Of a stretch of DNA of 51,148 bases, positions 36,144 to 46,009 are shown in pieces (the stretch's first letter is position 1; every line of letters starts with the position of its first letter). The stretch comes from a virus. Lineage: Duplodnaviria; Caudoviricetes. Below the pieces are notes generated by a model. That model was not told the origin of the DNA. It did not search any database and saw only the letters and a program-made list of their open reading frames with translations. The stretch covers positions 1 to 51,148 of the IMG/VR virus record IMGVR_UViG_3300011116_001170, one strand, 5' to 3'. The position numbers and the translations under genes are program-made.

Positions 36144-39100
36144 ATGGCTGCTATCACATCCGCACAGTCTGGCCTTTGGTCTGCAACCTCAACTTGGGTA
36201 GGTGGTGTTGTGCCGGGCATTGCGGATACAGTAACTATTGCAGCTACTCACATAGTCACGCTAGATGGAACAGTTGTAACAGGAGGTGATACGGCTACAG
36301 GCTTCGTGGTTCGTGGTACGGTGAAAGCATCGCGCACTGTCAGTTCCTCTCTCACGGTGCGGGCTAACATCAACGTAGCGCAAGCTGATGCTGGGTTAGA
36401 TTTCGGCACAAACAGCGACCCGATCCCGCAAGGCATCACCGCCGAACTTGTTGTTAATGCGAGTGCGACCCCAGCGGGTGGCAAATACAACATTTCGCAG
36501 ACTGTAAACGGCGTCTCCTTTCGCTTCTGCGGCGCACCAAAGACCCGCAACGCTTTCCTGACCGCGCCTGTGTCGGCTGGTGCTACATCCATCCAAGTGA
36601 CCAGCACATCGGGCTGGGTGGTGGGCGATAGCCTATTCTTGGAGCAGCCGACCAACGATGTTGCACAAACGCAAACCGTCACCATCACCTCAATCTCTGG
36701 TACGACTGTCGGTGTCTCTGCCGTCACGCTGGCCCGTGTGTCTGGTCTGGCTGTCAGCAACATCAGTTGCAACGTGCTTATTCGGTCGCAGGTAGACACA
36801 TCTGTTTCAGCCAATTATTTGCAGGTTTCTTCAACTGCTGCACCAAACGGACTTGTTGAGGTCAGAAATTGCGAAATTAGAAACATTGGATACTTGTACT
36901 TAAACTGGAATAGTGGTAGCTCTGTACCACCAGCAACTCCAGCTACATTCGATTCTTGTTATCTAAACAGCACAACATCAAGTATTAGTATGATTGGCTC
37001 TACCTTTGGTAGCCTTTCAATGCCATTTCAAAACAACATTTTAATCGGTGGTATTAACTATACGCAACAAAACTTGATTCACCCAAACAACTCTTCTCTG
37101 TCCGTTTTAAACTCTGTTTTCTATAATCTTAGTTCAAATTCATTTTCGGGCGCACTTGGTTACAATGGTTTATCTGAACTCAGACTAACAAATTGCCGTA
37201 TCAACAGTTATGTTAACTGCCTAACAATTGCCAATGCAAATTCACATATATATACAAATTGCAGATTTCGCTCCAAAACCGCAGAGTTAATATCAACAAC
37301 TCTTTGTAATGTGCAGACGATTGACTGCGACTTTTTATCGCAAGGAAGCATAAAATACTTAAAGTCATACGGTAATAGTGGTGGTGTATTTTCAATGCAG
37401 AACCCAATTGTTGATGACCCAAATAAGATAAACCCAAGCGCCGTTTATGGTTTGATGAGGAATCCTGCCTATAACATCAACAACGTGTTTACCTCTAACC
37501 GAGAGTACACATATAACTCCGCTGCGATTAATCAAAATACCGTATTGAATCGAGCTACTAGAAATATTGCTTTACAGAGAAATAATTCGCAGACAACAGG
37601 TACATACACATTCTCATTTCAAGGAGTATCAGGTGTAGCACAAAGAATTATTGGGTATCTTCGCCACGATACAACTTATGGAGCATCAAATCCGCCTTCT
37701 ATTTCATTCTCAGGGGCAGGTGTATCAGGCTCGTTTACTTCAAGCACAACGGTAAACATTTGGGAGAAATTTGATATTACTTTAACCCCAACATCAACCG
37801 GAACTATTACCGCAACGGTTACTTTTGCAGGAGCAACAAATGGAACGGCTTATCTTGATGGTGTTTATCAGTTTCCTTTTATTACTGAAAACTGGATTTA
37901 TGGTTTCCAAAAACTCGCACAAGTAAATTCAGTTATTGATTCAAATATTACATTATCTGAATCAGCGGTTGCGGCATTAAGTTCATCCGCCACGTTTGAT
38001 AATGTTTATGATTCAGCAACTTATTGGAGTGTAGTTAATGGACCAACTTTAGGTTCTTACATAATCATAGTGTCCGCATCAGGAACTGACTTAAACTTTG
38101 GCTCTAATAGTGTAGTAATAGATAATGGAGCAGCTTCTAATTTTAGTTACTCAGGCACAACTGCCACAATTAAATCATCGGCTTTGACTAAAGGTGCTAA
38201 GTTTGATAATTTAATAGCTTCATCTATTACAATGACCACGCCTATAACTAACGCCACTCTAACAAGTAATGTTAGTCAAGCAACGCCAACTAACTTAACA
38301 GGCGTGACAATCAATGGCGATCTGACTTACAATACCAACACGCCTATTACCATCACTTTGACCAACTGCGCCATCAGCGGCACGATCAGCAACAGCGGCA
38401 CGGGTTTGGTTACGATCAATTTAACTAACTCAATAATTGGCTCAACTGGCTCAAATGTTATTTCACGTCTAACAACATCTTTAACAATTAATGGTTTAGC
38501 TGCTGGTTCTCAAATTTACATTGCAACTGAAGCTGGCACGCAAGTCGATTATGTAGCTTCAAGTGGCACTAGCTATACGCTTGACACAACTGGTGGAACT
38601 GGAACGTGGATTTACAAAGTTGCGCGCTATGGCTATATTTCGCAAAGTGGAAATCATTTGCCAGCAAACGCAAACACTACTATTTCAATTAGCTTGATTG
38701 CTGATGTATTTATTACGCAAGCAACCAAAGCAACTGTTGGGTCATATACTACACTTGAAAATCCTGACAAGATTTATGATTACGCAGCCTATTTTGAAAC
38801 GACAAACGCGGGCATTGTAATTTCACGCGTTATTTCAAAAGCAGCAACTTTTGCAAGTGCTGGCTCTTACGCATTAGTTTTAAATAACACTGGCGCAGTT
38901 TGGGATTTAACAAGCGGAATTTTAACTTTAAGAATTACAAATAATTTTGTTGGTGGCTCTACAATTACAGGCGGTTTGCTCACAACTGGCGCGATTACTT
39001 TAAATGCTCAAGCTTCAAGTGCTGGCAATTATGCAATCATAAGCGGCAATTCAATTTCAATTTTTGCCGCAAATTATCAAAACCTTGTTGCCATAGCTTC

Positions 39101-40070
39101 TATTAGTGGCTTTCCAACTTTAGGCTCAATTTCTGCCGCTGGTTCAATTGATTTTGGTAACTCTACAATTGCGGCAACTGGTGATTTATCTGCAAGCAAT
39201 ACTTCTTTTGCTGGCGTGCTTAATATTACCACGTCAAGCAACAGAATTTTGAATTTAACGAATTGCTCAAGCTCTGGTTTTACAATCAATGCAAGTGGTG
39301 GCGGATCTATTTTAGTGCGTTGTCTCGGCACTACTTTAGCAACAGCGATTACAGCTGGAACTAATGTTACTATCATAAAAGTTGCCCCAATTACCGCGCC
39401 AAATCTTTTAAGTGGTTCAAGAGTTCGACTTTACAACATTACTGACAGCGTAGAGATTTATAACGATGTGCTTTCATCGGCTGGCTTTAGCTATGATTAT
39501 TCGTGGACAGAAAATAAAACAATGAAACTAACCGCAACTTATCAAAACGGCACAACAGCAAAATTGACAGTTGCAGCGGTTGGCGTAGTTACTTCAAGTG
39601 GCTTGCAATTTTTAGACTCACAAGTTGATGACGCAATTTACAATAGCTACGCACTCGATGGTTCAGCAATTACCAAATTTCAAGCTGATTATGTGAACGA
39701 TCAAATCGACTTAAGAATTGCAACTGACTTTTTAGCGACTGAACTTTATGCGTGGTGGGTATATAACCTTACCACTATCAATGGCATTCGTGATTTTGTA
39801 GGCGGCATAACCGCAGAAGACGCAGCTAATCTTAGAATCAATGCAAGTATTATTTCTGTAAAACTTGATAATATAACAGCGACAGATCTTATTCAAACTG
39901 ACAACATAAGAATTTATCGCTCTGATTCGGTTTATCCTGTCGTTCGCCCAACTTCAGGCGGTGGCGGAATTAATGTGAATTGGCAAAATCAAGTCTATGT
40001 AGCAGATCTTGATAGCAGTGCAATCGAAAGAATTTTGATAAATACTAATTTAATACCGGGACTTTTTTAA
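36144..40070 (+). CDS. large G8-domain/beta-helix adhesin-like virion protein
   Basis: N-terminal SGLWSATSTW.GGVVP..DTVTI...H.VTLD (G8-like), Ser/Thr/Gly-rich beta repeats, 1308 aa. Confidence 0.75.
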   Translation: MAAITSAQSGLWSATSTWVGGVVPGIADTVTIAATHIVTLDGTVVTGGDTATGFVVRGTVKASRTVSSSLTVRANINVAQADAGLDFGTNSDPIPQGITAELVVNASATPAGGKYNISQTVNGVSFRFCGAPKTRNAFLTAPVSAGATSIQVTSTSGWVVGDSLFLEQPTNDVAQTQTVTITSISGTTVGVSAVTLARVSGLAVSNISCNVLIRSQVDTSVSANYLQVSSTAAPNGLVEVRNCEIRNIGYLYLNWNSGSSVPPATPATFDSCYLNSTTSSISMIGSTFGSLSMPFQNNILIGGINYTQQNLIHPNNSSLSVLNSVFYNLSSNSFSGALGYNGLSELRLTNCRINSYVNCLTIANANSHIYTNCRFRSKTAELISTTLCNVQTIDCDFLSQGSIKYLKSYGNSGGVFSMQNPIVDDPNKINPSAVYGLMRNPAYNINNVFTSNREYTYNSAAINQNTVLNRATRNIALQRNNSQTTGTYTFSFQGVSGVAQRIIGYLRHDTTYGASNPPSISFSGAGVSGSFTSSTTVNIWEKFDITLTPTSTGTITATVTFAGATNGTAYLDGVYQFPFITENWIYGFQKLAQVNSVIDSNITLSESAVAALSSSATFDNVYDSATYWSVVNGPTLGSYIIIVSASGTDLNFGSNSVVIDNGAASNFSYSGTTATIKSSALTKGAKFDNLIASSITMTTPITNATLTSNVSQATPTNLTGVTINGDLTYNTNTPITITLTNCAISGTISNSGTGLVTINLTNSIIGSTGSNVISRLTTSLTINGLAAGSQIYIATEAGTQVDYVASSGTSYTLDTTGGTGTWIYKVARYGYISQSGNHLPANANTTISISLIADVFITQATKATVGSYTTLENPDKIYDYAAYFETTNAGIVISRVISKAATFASAGSYALVLNNTGAVWDLTSGILTLRITNNFVGGSTITGGLLTTGAITLNAQASSAGNYAIISGNSISIFAANYQNLVAIASISGFPTLGSISAAGSIDFGNSTIAATGDLSASNTSFAGVLNITTSSNRILNLTNCSSSGFTINASGGGSILVRCLGTTLATAITAGTNVTIIKVAPITAPNLLSGSRVRLYNITDSVEIYNDVLSSAGFSYDYSWTENKTMKLTATYQNGTTAKLTVAAVGVVTSSGLQFLDSQVDDAIYNSYALDGSAITKFQADYVNDQIDLRIATDFLATELYAWWVYNLTTINGIRDFVGGITAEDAANLRINASIISVKLDNITATDLIQTDNIRIYRSDSVYPVVRPTSGGGGINVNWQNQVYVADLDSSAIERILINTNLIPGLF

Positions 40071-40072
40071 TT

Positions 40073-40399
40073 ATGAATTTAACTTCTATTTATGAAATTA
40101 TTGGAATTGCTTCTTTTGTAATTGCTGGTGTAAATTTTATAGTTATTGTAATTGCAAAAACGTTTTGGAAACTTACTTTTGAAAAAAAACAGCAAGATGA
40201 TGAAAAAAGATTCCAAAAAATTGAGATAACATTAGAAAGACTTAATCAAAATGAGGAAAAAAATAAATTTTTTAGACATAATTTTAATTCTGTTACTAAA
40301 AATTTAGAATCTCTAATTTCATCTGAAATAAAACATTTTAGTAAATTAATTGAAGTTCAAATCCAAAATATTTTAGAAAAAATCAATGAAAAAAAGTAA
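40073..40399 (+). CDS. single-TM coiled-coil protein (holin/antiholin-like)
   Basis: N-terminal TM helix at the start of the lysis region. Confidence 0.55.
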   Translation: MNLTSIYEIIGIASFVIAGVNFIVIVIAKTFWKLTFEKKQQDDEKRFQKIEITLERLNQNEEKNKFFRHNFNSVTKNLESLISSEIKHFSKLIEVQIQNILEKINEKK

Positions 40400-40553
40400 T
40401 TTAGAAATAGCTCTTGAAGCTTTTAAATATTTTTTAAAATATTTAGACAACCATAAAATCCAAGCTAGAATTATTATTGCTGCTTTATGTTTTTATATAG
40501 TTGCAAAAAGCTGTTCAAATGAAATTGCAATTTTAATTCAAGCTTTTAAATGA
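40386..40553 (+). CDS. small membrane protein (55 aa, not in track)
   Basis: MKKSNLEIALEAFKYF...ARIIIAALCFYIVAK...; overlaps both neighbours. Confidence 0.55.
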   Translation: MKKSNLEIALEAFKYFLKYLDNHKIQARIIIAALCFYIVAKSCSNEIAILIQAFK

Positions 40554-40783
40554 AAAAACGCCTAATTGAATTTTTGCAAGATTCTGACAAGCAACTTTCC
40601 AGCAAAAGATTAGCTGGCTTAAGTGGTGCTTTAACTTTTATTTTGCTTGGAATTCTTGGAGGTGTTGTAATGTTAACAAAAGGAAATTATCAAGATTTTA
40701 TTAGATTATTAGATTCTATTGGTGTTTTTTCAATGACAATTTTAGGCGTTGGAATTTTTGAATATAAATATAAAAATAAATAA
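40550..40783 (+). CDS. putative holin (2 TM)
   Basis: SSKRL motif and two hydrophobic helices. Confidence 0.65.
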   Translation: MKKRLIEFLQDSDKQLSSKRLAGLSGALTFILLGILGGVVMLTKGNYQDFIRLLDSIGVFSMTILGVGIFEYKYKNK

Positions 40784-41037
40784 TGATTGATTTAAAATCA
40801 CTTTTAACCTTAATAACTAGTTTTCTTGGTGCAGTTGCTTGGTTTTTATATGGCAATAAAAAACAAGAACTTGAAAAACTAGAAAAAGAAAATTTAGAAA
40901 AAGACTTAATAAACAAAGACTTAATAAACAAAGACTTAATTCAAAATGCACAAATTAAAAAAGATGTTGCTACCACTTCTTTTCCTGAATTGTCTAGCCA
41001 GTTGCGAAAAAAATCAAGAACCAAAGTTGATAAATAA
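40783..41037 (+). CDS. i-spanin (Rz-like)
   Basis: N-terminal TM plus coiled coil with KDLIN repeats; overlaps the lipoprotein gene. Confidence 0.7.
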   Translation: MIDLKSLLTLITSFLGAVAWFLYGNKKQELEKLEKENLEKDLINKDLINKDLIQNAQIKKDVATTSFPELSSQLRKKSRTKVDK

Positions 41038-41242
41038 TTTTTGCGATTTACAACCTGAATTTCCAATTGTAAGCGATCAAGTTTATGACTATTGGGAAGC
41101 AATTGAAACAAAGATTGCTAACAAAGAAAAATTAAAAACTCAACTAACATCAGAAGAAGCTTTTGCTAAAGTCTTTATTGAGTTTGCTGCGAAAAGCGAC
41201 AAAACAAGGCAATTAAAATGTAATGTTTATTCATCAAACTAG
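40946..41242 (+). CDS. o-spanin (Rz1-like lipoprotein)
   Basis: Signal peptide and lipobox LASC; overlaps the i-spanin in another frame. Confidence 0.72.
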   Translation: MHKLKKMLLPLLFLNCLASCEKNQEPKLINNFCDLQPEFPIVSDQVYDYWEAIETKIANKEKLKTQLTSEEAFAKVFIEFAAKSDKTRQLKCNVYSSN

Positions 41243-41316
41243 GTGAGATAAATTAGAAAAAGTTAATAAAATGTTGAGACAAATGGCGTATAAATTTAAT
41301 TAATTTTACAATAAAA

Positions 41317-41637
41317 ATGAAAAAACTTTTAGAATATTTTAAAAAAAAATTAGAAATAAGAAAGTTAGTTTCTCAAATGGAATTATTATCTTACAATACG
41401 CCAAACATTTTTCGTTTTGCTCGTGAAAATGAAAATTTTAAGAAAAAATTTAATCCATCAGACTACGAAATAAAAGGCTTTACAAACCCATATAAGCCAG
41501 ATTTGAAATTTAAACCAAAAGGAAAAACAATTCCTATGAATCTTAAATTTTCTTATGGATTTACTAACCCAGCCAAAACTTTTAACAAAAACACTTTGCC
41601 AAAACCAAAGGGCGTTCCTTCAGGTTCAAAAATATGA
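41317..41637 (+). CDS. hypothetical basic protein
   Basis: 106-aa ORF, GFTNP twice. Confidence 0.55.
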   Translation: MKKLLEYFKKKLEIRKLVSQMELLSYNTPNIFRFARENENFKKKFNPSDYEIKGFTNPYKPDLKFKPKGKTIPMNLKFSYGFTNPAKTFNKNTLPKPKGVPSGSKI

Positions 41638-42029
41638 AAAAATTTACAGACGAATTAATTGTAAAGTCTATTGGCAGCAAATGGGAACTTGTAGAGCCAT
41701 TTTGTTTTTATTACGAAAAACTAAATAAAAATACCTATCGATTTGCAGATTCTAACAACTATAATAAAATTGTAATTCCAAAAGGTTTTATTACCGATTT
41801 TGCTTCAACACCAAGAATTTTATATCCAATAATTCCACCAATCGGGATTTACAACAAAGCTTGCATAATTCACGACTATCTTTATCAAGAAAAAATCTTT
41901 TCAAGGAAAAATTGCGATTTGTTTTTTTTGCAAGTAATGAAAATTTTAGACGTTCCAAAGTGGAAAAGAAATTTAATGTTTGTAGTTGTTAGATTATTTG
42001 GGAAAAAATATTATGGAAAAAAATGTTAA
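41634..42029 (+). CDS. DUF1353-family protein
   Basis: IPKGFITDFASTPR, ACIIHDYLY, VRLFG. Confidence 0.88.
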   Translation: MKKFTDELIVKSIGSKWELVEPFCFYYEKLNKNTYRFADSNNYNKIVIPKGFITDFASTPRILYPIIPPIGIYNKACIIHDYLYQEKIFSRKNCDLFFLQVMKILDVPKWKRNLMFVVVRLFGKKYYGKKC

Positions 42030-42466
42030 CTAAAGAAAGCTTAAAAAGAGGCAATTTTACACCTGACGAGTTTTTTGTTTCTGAAAAAGCAAAAGAACTT
42101 GGCATTAATAATTATCCAAAACAAGAGCAATCAGTTTTGCCTTGTTTGATGGTAGTTGCTGACAAAATTCAAGAAATACGCAATATTTTACAACATCCAA
42201 TTAAAATTAACTCTGCTTATCGTTGCTTGGAAGTAAATCGCGCTATAGGAAGCAAAGATAGTAGTCAACACGTCCAAGGTTCTGCTATTGATTTTGTTTG
42301 CCCTTCATTTGGTAGTCCTTTGGAAATTGTAAAATTTTTAAAAAAAAATAAAATTAAAGTTGACCAATGTTTAGTTGAGTCAAGTTGGGTTCATTTATCT
42401 ATTAAACACTATAATAACCGCAATCAATTTGCCTCTTTATTAAAAGGAAAATTTACAATCATTTAG
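42023..42466 (+). CDS. peptidase M15 endolysin
   Basis: INSAYRC..VNRAIG, SQH..G.AID, WVHLS Zn-ligand motifs. Confidence 0.9.
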   Translation: MLTKESLKRGNFTPDEFFVSEKAKELGINNYPKQEQSVLPCLMVVADKIQEIRNILQHPIKINSAYRCLEVNRAIGSKDSSQHVQGSAIDFVCPSFGSPLEIVKFLKKNKIKVDQCLVESSWVHLSIKHYNNRNQFASLLKGKFTII

Positions 42467-42601
42467 CAATTTGCAAAATTCAAATCAATCAATTTTGATT
42501 TTGCATCCAATATATTCGTTTTTTTAGAGTCAAAGAAGAGTCTAAAATCAAACCAAAAAAACGCAGTAAGTTAATTTATTATCCTAAAGTAAAATAAAAA
42601 T

Positions 42602-42778
42602 ATGAAAAAAGTTATAGTTCTTAACGGCGCAAATAAATTATATTTTCCATTTGCGTTAATATATGCATTTTTGATTATGCAACTATCTTTAATAGCAGCT
42701 TTTTTCATCTCATTATTTAGGTGGCAATTACCAAGTAATTTTCAGTTTATCAACAAAGAAATTAGCAAAGAAAAATGA
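42602..42778 (+). CDS. small membrane protein (58 aa, not in track)
   Basis: MKKVIVLNGANKLYFPFALIYAFLIMQ...; ATGA overlap with the nuclease gene. Confidence 0.5.
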   Translation: MKKVIVLNGANKLYFPFALIYAFLIMQLSLIAAFFISLFRWQLPSNFQFINKEISKEK

Positions 42779-43218
42779 AATCTTCAATTTGTTTTTTATT
42801 TTTTTCGTTATGTTTTTTTAGCTATTCAATAACTTCCGCTTTGTCGGCAAAAATTGAGTTAAAAACCTTAAATTGGAAAATAATTGAAGCAGTTGACGGA
42901 GACACTTTAAGAATTGAAATACCTTCGATGTTGCCTTTGAAATACTCAATTAGAATCAATGGAATTGACACTCCTGAAAAAGCTGGTCGCGCTAAATGTG
43001 AAAAAGAAGCTTTGCTTGCAAAAAAGGCTTCCGAATTTACAAAGGTTTTAGTTAATAATTTAAAATCTTTTAAAATAACTAACGTCAAACATGATAAATA
43101 CGGCGGCAGATTACTTGCTGATGTTGAAATAAATAATGTTGACGTTGGTAGAACTTTAATAAAAGAAGGTTTTGCTAGAGTTTATCATGGCGATAAAAAG
43201 CTAAGCTGGTGTAATTAA
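42775..43218 (+). CDS. thermonuclease (SNase-like) with signal peptide
   Basis: VDGDT, IRINGIDTPE, DKYGGRLLA, LIKEGFARVY. Confidence 0.93.
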   Translation: MKSSICFLFFSLCFFSYSITSALSAKIELKTLNWKIIEAVDGDTLRIEIPSMLPLKYSIRINGIDTPEKAGRAKCEKEALLAKKASEFTKVLVNNLKSFKITNVKHDKYGGRLLADVEINNVDVGRTLIKEGFARVYHGDKKLSWCN

Positions 43219-43404
43219 CTCTTTTAATTACTTAAAATTTTATTCTGCTAGTTTTAATTTCATTAGTAACCTCATTTTTTTCTTAAGCCCTTCTTTGTTT
43301 TTTTTTGAATATAATCTGAAATATCTGCTAAAAACCATCCCACGCAAAAAAGAACCAAAAAAATTAACACAAACATAAAAGTTTCAAAATTAATCATTTT
43401 TTTA

Positions 43405-43947
43405 TTAAACACCAGTTGAACCAAAACCACCCCTGCCAGTATCTTCAAAATCTTCTACAACTGTAAAATTTGATGGCGCAAGCTCTCTAATCAACATTTG
43501 AGCAATCTTATCGCCTTTTTTGATTGTGTAAGGCTTGTCTCCATGATTAATCATGATTACGCCAATTTCTTTGCGGTAAGAATTATCGATTGTGCCAGGC
43601 GAGTTAAGAACTGTCAATCCATAATTCAAAGCTAAACCCGAACGCGGTCGAATGTCGGCAACAGCATAACCAGTAATTTCAAATTCTTCTTTTATTATAT
43701 TTTCTAAAAGTTTGCTGCTTTCAAAATGAAAACCAAAATCTGCGCCTAGAGTTCCTTCGCAATATCTTTTAGGTAATTCAATTGCCAAGCCAGTTTTAAC
43801 TAAAACTCTTTGGTTTGGAAATAACTCAAACGAATCTTGCTCTAAATCATTAAAATTGTCTGCAAATAAGTCCCAAAGATCACCATCATTTGAACGTTCT
43901 GGCAGTTTTGCGGTTTCAGTTAGTTTTTTTATTTTGAAGGGAATCAT
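43405..43947 (-). CDS. dut: trimeric dUTPase with insertion
   Basis: RPRSGLA, NSPGTIDNSYR, GDKIAQM, RGGFGSTG. Confidence 0.95.
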   Translation of the reverse strand: MIPFKIKKLTETAKLPERSNDGDLWDLFADNFNDLEQDSFELFPNQRVLVKTGLAIELPKRYCEGTLGADFGFHFESSKLLENIIKEEFEITGYAVADIRPRSGLALNYGLTVLNSPGTIDNSYRKEIGVIMINHGDKPYTIKKGDKIAQMLIRELAPSNFTVVEDFEDTGRGGFGSTGV

Positions 43948-43962
43948 AAGTTTTAAATTAAG

Positions 43963-44148
43963 TTATTTATTTTCTGCACCGTTTAATGGTTGAGCAACTC
44001 CACTTACTGGTTTTAAATTTACAATTGTTTGGCATTGCCTATGAACGCCCAAATTATACATAATTGCAATCGCAATTGCGTAAAAAAATAGTATAGCTAC
44101 AAGAATTTTTATTAGTGTTTTTGAGTCTTCGCTTAAGTTATTGAACAT
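43963..44148 (-). CDS. small membrane protein
   Basis: One TM helix. Confidence 0.6.
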   Translation of the reverse strand: MFNNLSEDSKTLIKILVAILFFYAIAIAIMYNLGVHRQCQTIVNLKPVSGVAQPLNGAENK

Positions 44149-44293
44149 TTTGCTTTTCCAAAAAATCAGTTAAAATTTCACGAATTAAACAAGAGACGCT
44201 TTTTTTGCCTTTGCTTTCTTGAGCAATTTTTTTAAGAGCCTCTTTTTGTTCTTTTTCTATAATAACACAAAGCGCGGTTAGTTTTTCTTTCAT
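44138..44293 (-). CDS. ribbon-helix-helix DNA-binding protein
   Basis: LCVIIEKEQKEALKKIA...SVSCLIREIL..FL CopG-like pattern. Confidence 0.7.
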   Translation of the reverse strand: MKEKLTALCVIIEKEQKEALKKIAQESKGKKSVSCLIREILTDFLEKQNVQ

Positions 44294-44294
44294 A

Positions 44295-44534
44295 TTATTT
44301 TTTATTAAAAAATTTAGCAATTTTACCGGTTGGATTTTGTTCTAAATGTTCTTTTCCTGCTTCATGTAAAGCAAAAATAAAAGAAGAACCTACAATCAAT
44401 AATAACATAACTATCCAATAGACAATATGGTTAAAATCAAAAATACTAGGCACAACTAATAATAGTGCTGCTGGCACAATTATAGGAACTATAACAATAA
44501 TTCCACAAATTAAATTTTTTAGTTTTTCTTTCAT
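44295..44534 (-). CDS. two-TM membrane protein
   Basis: Two hydrophobic helices. Confidence 0.65.
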   Translation of the reverse strand: MKEKLKNLICGIIVIVPIIVPAALLLVVPSIFDFNHIVYWIVMLLLIVGSSFIFALHEAGKEHLEQNPTGKIAKFFNKK

Positions 44535-44536
44535 AT

Positions 44537-45352
44537 TTATTTTAAATTAATTTTTTTTAACTCTTGAATATCTTTTTGCATTTGCTCAAAGGCGTTAAGA
44601 AAGTCGGTTAAGGTAGTAGCTTCTTTTATATTTTTGTCAATTTTTTTATCGCCAGTGAAAATTTTAGAAAGTATAGGCATAATAACTCTTCCATCTTTCA
44701 TTCTAACTAAAAATTGTGCATTTCGTTTATCTAATTCTTTTAACTCATTACCATCTTTCCAAATACTCACTGGCTCAACACATTCTTCTTTCGTATCGAT
44801 TTTAGGCTCTTCTTTCGACCCTTCAAGCCAAAATTCTGGGTGAACCTCTTCATTACCACCATTTTCATAAAGAGAAAACCATTTGTTTAAAAACCATTGA
44901 GCTTTAAATATTTTATGTCTTTTGTTGGCATTTTCCTTAACAATAATTGATGAGCCATCTTTAGGAGCGCAATTAATTGGTAACCATTGCTCTTCTTTCG
45001 ATGTAACAATTTTATTAACTTTTAAATCAGCTTCCAAAACATCTACAAGATTTTGCGCTGCTTCTCTTAATTCTTCATAATCAATACTTGTACGATAATT
45101 CATATAATTTATAGGCTTAACACATTCTTTCAATTTTTCCAAAGCCCTTTCAACTTCGCTGACTTTTTCTTTCTCAAGGTCAACTTTATTTTCTGTAAGT
45201 TCTTCAAACCAATCCCAAAAATATGAAATATGTATTCTCCAACCATTATCTATAAAAAAAAATTCATCATTTATTGAATTTACAGTTGCCTCCATTTTTG
45301 GAAAATTGCGATATCTATATCTCTGACCCACTACTGGCAATTTATTTGTCAT
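44537..45352 (-). CDS. mosaic hypothetical protein with a DUF551-like segment
   Basis: Internal WLPINCAPKDGS...HPEFW segment. Confidence 0.65.
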   Translation of the reverse strand: MTNKLPVVGQRYRYRNFPKMEATVNSINDEFFFIDNGWRIHISYFWDWFEELTENKVDLEKEKVSEVERALEKLKECVKPINYMNYRTSIDYEELREAAQNLVDVLEADLKVNKIVTSKEEQWLPINCAPKDGSSIIVKENANKRHKIFKAQWFLNKWFSLYENGGNEEVHPEFWLEGSKEEPKIDTKEECVEPVSIWKDGNELKELDKRNAQFLVRMKDGRVIMPILSKIFTGDKKIDKNIKEATTLTDFLNAFEQMQKDIQELKKINLK

Positions 45353-45707
45353 TTTTTTCCTTTTTTTTATATTTACTTAGCCCAGTTTCAATAAACATAT
45401 ATTCGGGATATTTAAACTGAAAAAGTTTTGCCTTAATTTTATAGCTTTCGGTTTTAAAACCTTTTGAATCTTCGGCAACCAAGCATTTAAATTTATTGTC
45501 AAAATAAACAAAATCTGGCGTGTATTCAATTTTTCTTACTGCTTTGCCTTGTTTGTTTTTAAAAGTTGGTTGTAGCTCAAAAACAACTTGTTCTTGAAAG
45601 TTTTTAATCTCACCAGCTCTTTGTAATAGTTTTAACTCGTTAGCGCGTTTGCATTCGGTTTTAGAGTCGTAGCCTTTGTATTTTTTGGTTTTAAAGTAGT
45701 TATTCAT
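45342..45707 (-). CDS. DUF1064-family putative nuclease
   Basis: DSKTE.KR..ELKLL.RAGEI, YTPDFVY, EDSKGFKT..YKIK.KLF. Confidence 0.88.
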   Translation of the reverse strand: MNNYFKTKKYKGYDSKTECKRANELKLLQRAGEIKNFQEQVVFELQPTFKNKQGKAVRKIEYTPDFVYFDNKFKCLVAEDSKGFKTESYKIKAKLFQFKYPEYMFIETGLSKYKKKEKNDK

Positions 45708-46009
45708 TTAGTTTGTAATTTTTTCTTTAATTCTAATGGGCAGAAATTTATTTTAAATACCAGTTTATCGTTTTCAAATTTTATATCATAAATTTTTAGA
45801 ATAGGCGTAATCATCACGCCTCTTTGCCAAATACTATATTCCCAGTAATCTAAGAATCTTCTTTGGTGCATTTTAATTCCATGCCAGCGCAATTTTCCTT
45901 TTGTAATTTCACCTTTGATTTTTGCTATAAATACAGCGCATCTTATCAAATCAGATTTTAGCTCTTCTTGCATATTATGAATTTTATGAATGTCTTGTTT
46001 GTAGTCCAT
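45704..46009 (-). CDS. hypothetical protein
   Basis: 101-aa coupled ORF. Confidence 0.65.
   Translation of the reverse strand: MDYKQDIHKIHNMQEELKSDLIRCAVFIAKIKGEITKGKLRWHGIKMHQRRFLDYWEYSIWQRGVMITPILKIYDIKFENDKLVFKINFCPLELKKKLQTK

Noticed and set aside
36248-36814. 188-aa - strand ORF
   Set aside because: Shadow frame of the GC-rich part of the adhesin gene.
33334-40070. Diversity-generating retroelement acting on tail fibres
   Set aside because: No reverse transcriptase and no template/variable repeat pair with adenine-specific mismatches seen.
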